Source: Mobula hypostoma (taxonomy: Eukaryota). From it: a DNA stretch of 64,000 nucleotides. The notes under the pieces were generated by a model that was given only the letters and a program-made list of their open reading frames with translations, searched no databases and had not been told where the DNA came from. Of this stretch, positions 37,540 to 49,837 are shown piece by piece. The stretch covers positions 24,492,001-24,556,000 of the forward strand of contig NC_086118.1 in the NCBI RefSeq assembly GCF_963921235.1. The letters run 5' to 3'. The position numbers were made by a program, and so were the translations under genes. Within the stretch, counting starts at the first letter, position 1; every line of letters starts with the position of its first letter.

Positions 37540-39253
37540 TCATGACACAACAGTCATTGCCCTCATCAACAATGACAAGACAGCGTACAGAGAGGAGGTA
37601 GGAGGGGTTGGTAAAATGATGTGAGCACAACACTCGAGTCTCTACAGGGAGAACACTATAGAGGTGATTGTGAATTTTAGAAATGTACAGGCTGACTATC
37701 CACTACACATAAACAGCTCCTCCATGGGAAGAGCTAGGAGAACCAAGTTTCAAGGATTGCATATTATGGATGATTTCACCCGGTTACTCAAAATCTCCTC
37801 TTCAGCTAAGAAAGTACAGTGACATCTCCACTTCCTAAAGAGACTGAGGCAAGTGACCCCCCCCCACACACCACTTCTAACTAATATTTACACGAGCACC
37901 ATTGAGAATGTCCTGAGCAGCTGCATCACCATCTCTTAAGGGAATTGCAAGGCATGACCCTACAAAAGATTGCAACGACTGCTGAGATCATTGGAATCTC
38001 TCTTCCATCCATTGGAGAAAATTATCTGGATTGCTGCACACACAGGGCTCTTAACATTGTCAATGATTCCACCTATCTATTCATCTATCCCTTTGACACT
38101 CCTACCTTCAGGCGGGAGGTACCAAAACATTAGGACAAGGACTGTTATGATAGGAAACAGCTTCTTCCCCCAGGCTGTGAGACTACTGAACTCTCTGCCA
38201 CCATCCAGGCCTGGTCACATACGAAGAACCAGGAGAGTATACTGTTTAATTTTTGACTTGTGTCAAAAATTCACCTTATTATTTGTTAATTTGTTTCTGG
38301 TAATATTACTTAATGTGCTGTGTGAGTTATATGACTGCAAATTAGAACTACAGACTGTAGATTGTAGTTCCTGCAGGTCTCTGCATCATTAATGGATTCA
38401 GGGTCGAACTTTTTTATTGCATGGCTGTATTTTACATAGAAAAGGAGAGAGTGAGCAATTTCAAATTCCTGCTGCCAAGATCCCTGAGGATCTTATCTGA
38501 TCCCAACATATCGATGCAGCTATAAAGAAGGCAAGACAGCGGCTGCATTTCATTAGGAGTTTGAGGAGATTTGGTTTGTCACCTAAAACACTTGAAAATT
38601 TCTACAAATGTACCATGGAGAAGATTCTGACAGGCTGCATCACTGTTAGGTAAGCGGGGGTGGGGGTGGGGTTGGAGGGCTGCTGCACAGGATCGAAGGA
38701 AGCTACAGAAAGTTATAAAATCCATCATGGGTATTAGCCTCCGTAGTTTCCGAGACATCTTCAAGGAGCGGTACCTCAGAAAGGCGGTGTCCATTATTAA
38801 GGACCTCCATCATCCAGGACGTACCCTCTTCTCGTTACCATCAGGAGGGAGCTACAGTAACCTGAAGGCACACACTCAGCAATTCAGAAACAGCTTCTTC
38901 CTCTCTGCCATCAGATTCCAAAATGGACATTGAACCCATGAGCACTTTTTTATTATTTCCGTTTTGCACTATTTTTGATTTAACTAACATACACACATAT
39001 ACTTACTGGAATTGGTTTACTTATTTATTTTTTCTATATTATCATGTACTGCTGCCACTAAGTTAAGAAATTTCATGACATCTACCACAGATATTAAACT
39101 TGATTCTGATTTACGGATATCTTACATGTGCCATTTGTGCTTTGTGCTCTGTGTGACTGTTGGTACTGTGTTTTGCACCTTGGCCTCAGATTAACACTGT
39201 ATTCATGGGCATTCATGTAAGGTTGAATGACAATAAACTTGAATGTGAACTTG
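37540..39253 (+). mobile_element. Rex1/Babar-like LINE 3' fragment with a second Rex1-like copy (~38445-39110) nested in its 3' UTR
   Basis: LLPSGGRYQNIRTRT..NSFFPQAVRLLN (37970-38392) and IIKDLHHPG..LFSLPSG..RNSFFLSAIR (38727-38933); two separate 3' tails at ~39110 and ~39250. Confidence 0.85.
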
Positions 39254-40435
39254 AGGAGAACTTTATTCATTCTGAGGGCGATTAGCCTGTGGAGATATGA
39301 AAGAAATGACATATGTGTTGGTCTATTAATTGGCCCAGTATAATGCCTCTAATGCGTAGCTGAGCTGTAGAATCTGGTGGCAATATGTGAAGACAAAAAT
39401 AGGATTATGATAAGATTGGTATAAATGAGTGTACAACAGTACTTGATTGTCAGCCGGTAGTCAGTGGGCTGAAGGGTGATTTTCTGTGCTGAGTGACTCT
39501 AACCAGATTGATTTCTAGGCACAAACAGCAACAAGAGCCACGAGGAAGGAATGGGAATATAGGCATTAGGTTGGATCAGCCTTGATGATATTGGATAAGG
39601 GTAGTGGCCCAAAGGGTTGAATGACCTTCTTGTGTTGCTATTTTCCTACATTTTTATACTTCTAACTTTATGGCTCGGCTGTATCCAGTGTTAGCCAAGT
39701 TGCTATCCGGTTGACTCATTGCACAATCTGGAAAAAAACGAACTCTTCAATTAGGTCAGTTCATTTTGAATTATAACCATCATTAATGGATGCATTAAAG
39801 GGAGCGTAAATGGCTCATAAATCATAAGTATCCATCTGGTAATCCTCATGCAGATCTATATAACGAACACCATCTTCTGATTAAACCCATATGTTGTTCA
39901 ATGCATCAGAAATGTATGTATCCAGCTCTCACATCATATTGATTTTTAAATGTTTTTTCCTTTGGTTAATAATCAAAATTTTAGACAGTGAAAATAACAT
40001 TAACATTGATATCGCAGAAATAAAATTAGTTCATAGGCTTATTGGAACAGATGGATGAGTACATAATATAAATTGATCAATTGCACAAAAACAATGTTAT
40101 ACTATAAAAGATGTAATACAACCCATTAGTGAGAATATTCTAATATGACATATTTGGAATATTTATATGTTAGTTAAATCTTCACTGAATTATCATCCTG
40201 CTTAGGATGAAAATATTTCCTATGGCTCACAACCTGTAGAGCATCAATTATAGGAGGAAGTTAAATTATACAAAATTATCAACAGTGTTGCTATATTCTT
40301 TAGTTACTCCACTAATATTCACAAAAAAGTGAACTATTGAACACATTAAATGACCATTGCAAATATCTTTTACAGTCACTACGATAGATCACCATCTTTT
40401 AAACAGGATAATTTTATACCTATATAGTACAACTT

Positions 40436-40805
40436 GGCTGGTGGGGAGAGATGCGTCTCTACCAAAGGAGGTGTAAGATGCTCCTTCCTTCTGCAAGCCT
40501 GCGGGTCACCCTTGGGTAAAGTGTAGCACTTGCTTACACCCCTGATCAGGGTCATATGAAGACATGGGAGTAGGTGATGGATGGTCTATAAGCAACTGGT
40601 GTATATCACAAATCCTGGTTAAGTGACCAGGTAGACAAACTCTGAAGAGAATTAATAATGGCTGGAATCACCCATTTTCTAAAGACGCTGCCCAGAAGGC
40701 AATGGCAAACCACTTCTGTAGAAAAACTTGCCAAAAAGAATCATGGTCATGGAAAGACCAGGATCCCTCACGTCATACAACACGACACTCAATGATTGAA
40801 TGATA
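40436..40805 (+). mobile_element. Non-autonomous retroelement/SINE with RTE-BovB-type 3' tail
   Basis: GAAGGCAATGGCAAACCACTTCTGTA..CTTGCCAA..AATCATGG resembles the BovB/Bov-A/Sauria-SINE motif; ends in a TGA-rich tract. Confidence 0.65.
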
Positions 40806-41045
40806 GTACAATGCTGAGCACTGATTTTAATACTTATGGTAACATATGTTAATATAAATAAGTTTCTTCTTGGAAACACAGGGAATTATATCATTAGCAA
40901 GAAACCTGAGCCATTTTGATGACTACACGTTTTTTCCATTTCACAGCAAGTTTAAAGCAACATTATTCAGAAGTTGGCTGGAAACTGTTGGGCAGAAAAG
41001 TGAGAAAGAATGGAAACACTTTGGGAAGCATTAACTGTTCCCTTA

Positions 41046-42291
41046 TACGAGGAAATCTGCAGATGCTGGAAATTCAAGCAACACGCACAAAAAATGCTGG
41101 TGAACGCAGCAGGCCAGGCAGCATCTATAGGAAGAGGCACAGTTGACGTTTCGGGCCGAGACCCTTTGTCAGGACTAACTGAAAGAAGAGAAAGTAAGAG
41201 ATTTGAAAGTGGGAGGGGGAGGGTGAGATCCAAAGTGATAGGAGAAGACAGGAGGGGGAGGGATGGAGCTAAGAGCTAGAAAGTTGATTGGCAAAAGGGA
41301 TACGAGGCTGGAGAAGGGAGAGGATCATGGGATGGGAGGCCTAGGGAGAAAGAAAGGGGGGGGGGAACCCAGAGGATGAGCAAGGAGTTATAGTGAGAGG
41401 GACAGAGGGAGAAAAAAGAGAGAGAAAAAAGTCGGGGGGGGGGGGAAGGAGGATAAATAAATAAATAAATAATAAAGGATGGGGTACGAAGGGGAGGTGG
41501 GGCATTAACGGAAGTTAGAGAAGTCAATGTTCATGCCATCAGGTTGGAGGCTACCCAGATGGAATATAAAGTGTTGTTCCTCCAACCTGAGTGTGGCTTC
41601 ATCTTGACAGTAGAGGAGGCCATGGATAGACATATCAGAATGGGAATGGGACGTGGAATTAAGATTTGTGGCCACTGGGAGATCCTGCTTTCTCTGGCGG
41701 ACAGAGCGTAGGTGTTCAGCGAAACAGTCTCCCAGTCTGCGTTGGGTCTCACCAATATATAGAAGGCTGCACCGGGAGCACCGGACGCAGTATATCACCC
41801 CAGATTATTCGCCAGACCCGTTCTGATATGTATATCCATGGCCTCCTCTAGAACACCTTATACTGTATTCCATCCGGGTAGCCTCCAACCTGATGGCATG
41901 AATTTTGACTTCTCTAACTTCCATTAATGCCCCACCTCCCCTTTGTACCCCACCCATTATTTATTTATTTATTTATTTATTTTTCTCCTCCCCCTTTTTT
42001 CCCTCCCTTTTTTCTCCCTCTGTCCCTCTCACTATAACCTCTTGCCCATCCTCTGGGTTTCCCCCCCTCCCCTTTCTTTCTCCCTAGGTCTCCCATCCCA
42101 TGACCCTCTCCCTTCTCCAGCCTTGTATCCCTTTTGCCAATCAACTTTCCAGCTCTTGGCTCCATCTGTCCCCCTCTTGTCTTCTCCTATCATTTTGGAT
42201 CTCCCCCTCCCCCTCCCACTTTCAAATCTCTTACTATCTCTTATTTCAGTTCGCCCTGACGAAGGGTCTCGGCCCAAAACGTCGACTGTAG
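41046..42291. mobile_element. Single Penelope-like insertion with inverted arms (- strand 41046-41800; + strand ~41815-42291)
   Basis: GIY-YIG ORF 41505-41798 (IYCVRCSRCSLLYIGET); 41875-42290 is a reverse-complement copy of ~41140-41560; near-TSD CTGTTC(C/T)CTTA at 41035-41045 and 42292-42302. Confidence 0.92.
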
Positions 42292-43155
42292 CTGTTCTCT
42301 TAGGTTGTTTTGTCCTAGTACGTCATAGGTTCATTGGTACCATGAAATTACTTCAGAATCTGGTGAATATCATAGTACTTTTGTTGGCTTATTATTGGCT
42401 TGATTTTGACATGGTCAGGTGCCCCTTGTAATTACAAGCAAACTAGAGGTGAACTTTTCAGAACTAAGATTAGAGTGATGTACAGTTCTATGATTTACAA
42501 TGCTTACTGTACTGACCTTGCCTGTCGTGGTGTGTAGGTATTGACTTACATGCTCTGGCTGTTTCTGTAGAAGTAGAAGAATAAAATAAGCTTCATAAAG
42601 AATCTAGTTTGTTGTTATCTTATTGGAGCATGAGTGGATGGAACAAGTAATTATTCTTTGCCGTTCATGTATATATCCTTGCAGCTGACATTGCACAATC
42701 TTATCTCACTTATTATATTAAATATAATAATTTAAATTAAAATATAATAATGGTGCTTGTGTGTCTTCCACCTCAACCCCCTTACCCCTGCCAAGCATCC
42801 ACACCACCATCCCACTGCAGCTAAGAATTAAACCAATTTCACAGATTGAGGTGTTGCTGCATATCTGTGGAACTGCAGCTTGCAACAAAGGAGGCTTCAT
42901 TTACTCTAGTGACAGAGAAAACAACTTGATTCCATCAATTTAAAGTGTCTCTTCAACCCAACTAGGCAGAGGAAAATCACAAGGTAGTTTTGCCCAGATC
43001 GAAAGATTTTCCAAAGATACGATTCGCCAGCAAGTTTGCTTGAGGACCTCATGTTCTGTAGCCTTTAAGATTCTGATGATGGCGAGAACCCAAGGGTGAA
43101 CGATCAGAAACAAAATAGTATTCAAAACTAATGGAACAAAAAATTAAGAATAATA

Positions 43156-43702
43156 CTTTTAGTGGCCACTTTATTAAGTACCTCCTGTACCTAATAAAGA
43201 GGCCACTGAATGTATGTTCATGGTCTTCTGCTGCAGTAGCCCATCCCCGCTTCAAGGTTCGACGTGCTGTGCATTCAGGGATGCTGTTACGCACACCACT
43301 GTTGTAGTGCGTGGTTATTTGAGCTGCTGTCACCTTCCTGTCAGCTTGAACCATTCTCCTGACCATTCTCCTCTGACCTCTCTCATTAACAAGAGAACAC
43401 AGAGATGCCACTGGCTGGATTTTTTCCTTTGGTTTTTCACACCATTCTCTGTACACTCTAGAGGACATCAGTAGTTTCTGAGATGCCCAAACCACTCTGC
43501 CAGCACCAACAATCATTCCATGGTCATGTTCACCTGGCTGACATTTCTTCCCCATTCTGATGTTTAGTCTGGACAACAACTCAACCTCTTGAACATATTT
43601 GCGTGCTTTTATGCACTGAATTGCTGTTACATGATGGGCTAATTAGATATTTGCATTAACAACCAGGTGTACAGGCATACCTAATAAAATGGCCACTGAA
43701 TG
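43156..43702 (-). mobile_element. Internally deleted Tc1/mariner DNA transposon
   Basis: TIRs AGTGGCCACTTTATTAAGTAC / TACCTAATAAAATGGCCACTGA; HTH fragment GMIVGA...SRVYREWCEK...NERGQRRM..VQADRK.T..QITTHYNSG; TA at the left junction. Confidence 0.9.
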
Positions 43703-43989
43703 CATCTATACAGAGATAATGGAGCCCCCAAATTATCTACGTAAGTAAGTAGTACAGTAGCTTTACGTTTTGTGCTTTATTCCCCCATCAGGATCACTAC
43801 TAACCAGAAACTTAAGTGGATCAGTTCTATCAACACCGATTAGTTGGACACAAGCACCTACAAGAGCCAAGTACTCTGCTTAGAATGGTTCATTTTGCGG
43901 TCTAGTGAGACACTTTGACCAAAGGTTCAAGTTAGTAGTGTGATGTGATGTTAAAAGCTTGCTGGAAGTACTGCAACCACGCATTCAGA

Positions 43990-44095
43990 TTTTGACCATG
44001 TCTGCATGCATTTATGCATTGAGTTGCTGCCACATTATTGGTGAATTAGATATTTGCATTAATAAGCAGGTATACAGATGTTCCTAATAAAGTAT
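43990..44095 (-). mobile_element. Second Tc1 terminal fragment
   Basis: Similar to 43590-43690 (attagatatttgcattaa...caggt..acag...cctaataaa). Confidence 0.75.
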
Positions 44096-45186
44096 ACGTC
44101 AATAAACAAGCCCAATTTTACTTTTGACTGTATACTCCAGTATTTTCAGATTTTCACATGTAGATCCAGTTGTCAACATTCTTCTATAGAACTACGTGAG
44201 TGTTGCAACTCAAAAAATATGTTAGATACTTCCATCATCAGATATTCCATGGACTCTAGAACTATCCTTTGGGATCGTCACTGGTGAGAAAGAGTCCACG
44301 GCAGCCTCTGAAATCAATGACATAGGTGAAGCAAGTTACAAGGTAACAATGCACAAGAAAAATATTCACTGTTTTCACAGCAGTGAAACTATTTTCATGC
44401 TGAGATAACACTTTGTCTTTTCTTCTACACACAATATGCAAGGGGTACTGCGAGCCAGAGATGAGATTGACAACTATTCCAGTATTAGGTGATTGTCTCC
44501 ATCTGACCCTCTCAATATCCATCCATGTTAAGAAAGATTGAAGAAAAAGGAGGATGGATTTTGAGCTTCCCTATTGAACTAATGGTAGCTTCAGTTATTT
44601 TATTAAACAAAACCAGATGAGCATTCCTTTGCCATTGTTTTCATGAGAAGCAAACTTTGATCTTCTTTGTGAAAGTACTGTGAAACAAAGCTGGTAGATT
44701 TTGTTGTATCACTCTCTCCAATAATGAGGAGCTTATTAAGCTATAAGGGTAGAATTCTGACATGATGACCTGACTTCTACTAATATGTACTGAGTCATAG
44801 AGTCACAGAAACAGGCCCTTCAGCCCATCTGTTCCATGCCAAACCATTTAAACTGCTTACTCTCATTGACCTGCACTGGGACCATAGCCCTCCATACTCC
44901 TACTATACATGTACCTATCCAAACCTCTCTTAAATGTTGAAATTGAGCTTGCAATCACCACTTGTGCTGGCAGTTCATTCCACACTCTCACAACCCTCTG
45001 AGTGAAAAGGTTTCCCTTCATGTTCCCCTTAAAATTTCACCTTTCACCCCGGTTGTAGTCCTACTTAATCTCAGTGGAAAAAAAATCTCCCATATCTATA
45101 CCCCTCATAACTTTGTATACCTCTAACAAATCTCCTCTCAATCTTGTATGTTCCAAGTCCTAACCTATTAAATCTTTCCATATAAC

Positions 45187-46080
45187 CTGGGCGAGATTAC
45201 AACAGCACTTGGTAGCAACTTTTTCAAGCTCATTTGCAGAATCAGCTTAATTTCTACCTTTAATGTCTCTGATGTTCCTTTTCAAGGTGGATGGGGTTCT
45301 GTCCATGACCTTGACCTAGAGCTACACTCAAACTTTGGTTCTTTGCAGCAATGGGACCCGTTCCTGGCGCTCACCTATCTGCTGTTTTTTTGATATTCCA
45401 AGGAAGCAGCATTGAAGTTGAGCGCATCTTCAGGATTTTGAGAAATGGCGGCCCTGCCGACAAGCTGATTCTATTGCCAGTGCCACCGACTGAAGCATCG
45501 CAAGAGAAAACAGAATATTGTGAACAGCAGATCAGCTGTCAGAGGCTCTGTACTCAGCAAATCACCCACTCTCTCTCTTTCTTTCATTGGGTGAGCATTT
45601 GTTGCTGATGCTCGAGTCAGAGAACTCTGGGAAAAAAAAGCGATGTGGCAGACTTTAAAACTATAAATCAGTGAAATGTTGGTCTCCTCACTGTGAAAGG
45701 GTGACGCCTCTCTGTCTCTTTATTAAGGAGAAAGAAACCCTGTGGTATCTCAAATTGTTGGGTGAACGATTAGTTTTTGTTGGTGCTGCAGATCGCGGTC
45801 ACTCCTGGGGGCTTTGCTATTGCTTGCTTGATGGGTGGAGGGTGCTGATGCTTCTTTTTTGCTGAAGTAAGCAGGAGTGGGGAGAGGAAGAGCCATTGCT
45901 TTACTGCTGCTTGTGTGTGGGAGGAAGGAGTGGGGGGGGTAGCTTTTCACTTCTAATGATTCTACTGTCACCCCTTCATTGAGACACTTCAGTTTTCATG
46001 GATGTCTGCGAAGAACAAGAACTTCAGGTCTTATTTTGTATACATTCTCTGATTTTAAATGGAACTAATGAACTACTGAA
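45187..46080 (+). mobile_element. Non-coding non-autonomous retroelement inserted into CR1
   Basis: Splits the host exactly between ...ccatataac and tcaggccctccag; ends in a short tandem tail GAACTAAT-GAACTACT-GAAC. Confidence 0.7.
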
Positions 46081-48451
46081 CTCAGGCCCTCCAGACCCGG
46101 TAACATCCTTGTAAATTTTCTCTGGACTCTTTCATCCTTATTTACATCTTTCCTGTATGTAGGTGACCAAGGCTGCACACAGTACTCCAAATTAAGCCTC
46201 ACTAATATCTTACTCATCTTTAACATCATATCCCATCTCCTGTACTCAATACCTTGATTTATGAAGTCCAATGTGCCAAGAGCTTTCTTTATGACTCTAT
46301 CAACCTGTGATGTGACTTTCAATGCATTATGGACCTGTATTTCCAGATATCGTTGTTCTACCACTCTCCTCAGATCCCTACCATCCACTGTCTAACACTC
46401 ACCCTAGTTGGTCCTGCCTAAGTGAAATGCCTTGCACCTGTTGGCATTACGTTCCATCTGCCATTTTTCTGCCCATTTTTCCAGCTGGTCCAGATCCCGC
46501 TGCAAGCCAAAATAGTCTTCCTCACTCTCCAGTACACCCCCAATCTTGATGTCCTCCGCGGATTTTCTGACGCATGTTAACCACATTATCATCCAGGTCG
46601 TTGATGTGGATGACAACTATGGATCCAGCACCGATCCCTACGGCACTCCACTAGTCACAGGCCTCCAGTCAGAGAGGCAACCATTGAATATGGCTCTCTG
46701 TCTTCTCCTTCGAAGCCAATATCAGATCCAAATGACTGCTTCATCTTGGATACTGAGCGACTGAACCTTCTTGACCTTGCCAATGCCTTGTTAAGGTCCA
46801 CATAGACAACATCCACTGCTTTGCCTTCATTAACGTTCCTGGTGACTTCCTCGAAAAATTCTATGAGATTGTTTACACACGACTTACCACTCACAAAGCC
46901 ACGATGACTATCCTTAATCAGTCCAAGTCTATCCAAATACTTATATATCCGGTTCCTTAGAGTACCTTCCAATAACTTTCCCACTACTGATGTCAGGTTA
47001 ATCACCTTATAATTTTCTGGTTTATTTTTAGAGCCTTTCTTAAACAGCAGAGCAACATTGGTTATCCTTCAATCCTCTAGCACCTCCTCGGTCACTAAGG
47101 ATGATTTAAATATCTCTGCTAGAGCACTGGCAATTTCTGCACTTGCTTCCTGCAGGGCCTGAGGGAACACTTTGTCAGGCCCTGGGTGCTTATCCTCCCT
47201 AATTTGCCTCTAGACAACAAACTCCTCCTCTGCTTTAATCTGTCTAGAGCCATGAAGTTGATGCTATTTTGCCTTTCCTCTATAGCTTTTGTGTCAGAAA
47301 TGCATTTAAGATCTCCCTCATCTCTTTTGGTTCCGCACATGGGTTATCATTCTTATCTTCCAGAGAACCGATTTTGTCCCTTGTAATCCTTTTGCTCTGA
47401 ACGCATCTGTAGAGCCCTTGGGATTCTCCTTCATGTTGTCTGCCTTTTTTTAGTCCTTCTGATTTCTTTCTTCAGTGTTCTCTTGCATTTCTTATACTCC
47501 ATAAACGTCTTATTTGTACCTACCGGCTTATACCGGCAAAGAACCTCCTTTTTTTTCTTAACCATGGCCTCAATATCTCTTGAAAATCAAGGTTCCCTAC
47601 AGCTGCTATCTTTGTCTTTTATTCTGATAAGCACATGCAAGCTATGTACCCTTAAAAATTCACTTTTGAAGGCCTCCCACTTACCAAGTACACCTTTGTC
47701 AGAAAACAGCCTGTCCCAGTCCACACTTGTCAGGTCCTTTCAAATACCATCAAAATTGGCCTTTCTCCAATTTAGAATCTCAACCTGCCCACCAGACCTA
47801 TCTTATTCCATATTTACTTTAAAACTAATGGCATCGTGAACACCAGATGCAAAGTGGTCTCCGACACGCCCTTCATCACCTGCCCTGTCTCATTTCCTAA
47901 TAGCAGATCAAGTATCGCACATTCTCTTGTTGGGGCTTCTATGTACAGATTAAGAAACCTTTTCTGAATACATTTGATAAGCTCTATCTCATCTAGTCCT
48001 TTTACACTATGGATTCGCAGTCAATATGTGGAAAGTTAAAATCACCTACCATAACAACCTTTGGTTTCTTGCAACAGTCTGCAATCTCTCTACAAATTTG
48101 TTCCTCTAAATCTCTCAGGTTGTTGGGTGGTCTGTAGTATAATCCCATTAATGTAGTCATTACCTTCTTTATTGCTCATTTCCACCCATAATGCCTCACT
48201 AGATGAGTTCTCCAGTCTGTCCTAGCTGAGAACTGCTCTGACATTTTCCATGACGAATAATGCCATCCCTCCTTTTTTAATACTTCCCGTTCTGTTGCGT
48301 CTAAAACAACAGAAACCCGGAATACCGAGCTGCCAGTCCTGTCCCTCTAGCAACCAAGTCTCATTAATGGTTGCAAAATCATAATTCCAGGTGTTCTTTC
48401 ATGCCCTGAGTTCATTTGCCTTTCCTATGATACTTCCTGTATTGAAATACA

Positions 48452-49551
48452 GAATTGGTTAGCAGACAGGGAGCAAAGAGTGGGAATAAACGGGACCTTT
48501 TCAGAATGGCAGGCGGTGATTAGTGGGGTACCGCAAGGCTCAGTGCTGGGACCCCAGTTGTTTACAATATATATTAATGACTTGGATGAGGGAATTAAAT
48601 GCAGCATCTCCAAGTTTGCGGATGACACGAAGCTGGGTGGCAGTGTTAGCAGTGAGGAGGATGCTAAGAGGACGCAGGGTGACTTGGATAGGTTGGGTGA
48701 GTGGGCAAATTCATGGCAGATGCAATTTAATGTGGATAAATGTGAAGTTATCCACTTTGGTGGCAAAAATAGGAAAACAGATTATTATCTGAATGGTGGC
48801 TGATTAGGAAAAGGGGAAGTGCAACGAGACCTGGGTGTCATTATACACCAGTCATTGAAAGTGGGCATGCAGGTACAGCAGGCGGTGAAAAAGGCGAATG
48901 GTATGCTGGCATTTATAGCGAGAGGATTCGAGTACAGGAGCAGGGAGGTACTACTGCAGTTGTACAAGGCCTTGGTGAGACCACACCTGGAGTATTGTGT
49001 GCAGTTTTGGTCCCCTAATCTGAGGAAAGACATCCTTGCCATAGAGGGAGTACAAAGAAGGTTCACCAGATTGATTCCTGGGATGGCAGGACTTTCATAT
49101 GAAGAAAGACTGGATGAACTGGGCTTGTACTCGTTGGAATTTAGAAGATTGAGGAGGGATCTGATTGAAACGTATAAGATCCTAAAGGGATTGGACAGGC
49201 TAGATGCAGGAAGATTGTTCCCGATGTTGAGGAAGTCCAGAACGAGGGGCCACAGTGTGAGGATAGAGGGGAAGCCTATTAGGACCGAGATTAGGAAAAA
49301 CTTCTTCACACAGAGAGTGGTGAATCTGTGGAATTCGCTGCCACAGGAAACAGTTGAGGCCAGTTCACTGGCTATATTTAAGTGGAAGTTAGATATGGCC
49401 CTTGTGGCTACGGGGGTCAGGGGGTATGGAGGGAAGGCTGGGGCGGGGTTCTGAGTTGGATGATCAGCCATGATCATAATAAATGGCGGTGCAGGCTCGA
49501 AGGGCCGAATGGCCTACTCCTGCACCTATTTTCTATGTTTCTATGTTTCTA
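48452..49551 (+). mobile_element. Young 5'-truncated CR1, near-identical to 2489-3490, with ~9-bp TSD
   Basis: SGVPQGSVLGPQLF..KFADD; one in-frame TGA at 48801; (TTTCTATG)3 tail; TGAAATACA at 48443-48451 and 49552-49560. Confidence 0.97.
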
Positions 49552-49837
49552 TGAAATACACGCAGCTCAGGACATGAGTCACACCATGCTCAACCTTTTA
49601 ATTCCTGACTTTGTCTGAGGTCTCCACAACCTCTCCAATATCTGGTCTATCATACTGGTTCCCATCCCCTTGCAACTGCAGGATGATTAAAAGCTTTTAT
49701 CATGTTCTATTTTAATCATGCATATATTATAATTGTTATATGATATCCTACAAAAACCTAATTTAAAAAATGCATCTGCTTAGCTTGTCTGTAAATTCTT
49801 TGTTGTGTTTGTCTGCTGAACTAGCTAAATGGTAAGT

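Larger units (their letters stand above)
44793..49680 (-). mobile_element. Degenerate CR1 ORF2 (APE to RT, 3' tail) with two nested insertions
   Basis: LTSVVGKLLE..NLIEFFEEVT..VDVVY (46655-47005); LVRLNLEYCVQ (46065-46388); gagtcatagagtcacagaaacaggccc tail. Confidence 0.88.

Noticed and set aside
42820..42895. Possible Deu-domain SINE relic
   Set aside because: Similarity too short and degenerate to support by eye
43071..43110. TTCTGAT...ATCAGAA hairpin containing CTGATGA (hammerhead or C/D snoRNA candidate)
   Set aside because: No correctly placed GAAA/NUH and helix II, and no nearby box D
44227..44343. Open frame ending at AAG|gtaaca (possible exon)
   Set aside because: Weak acceptor and unrecognised peptide
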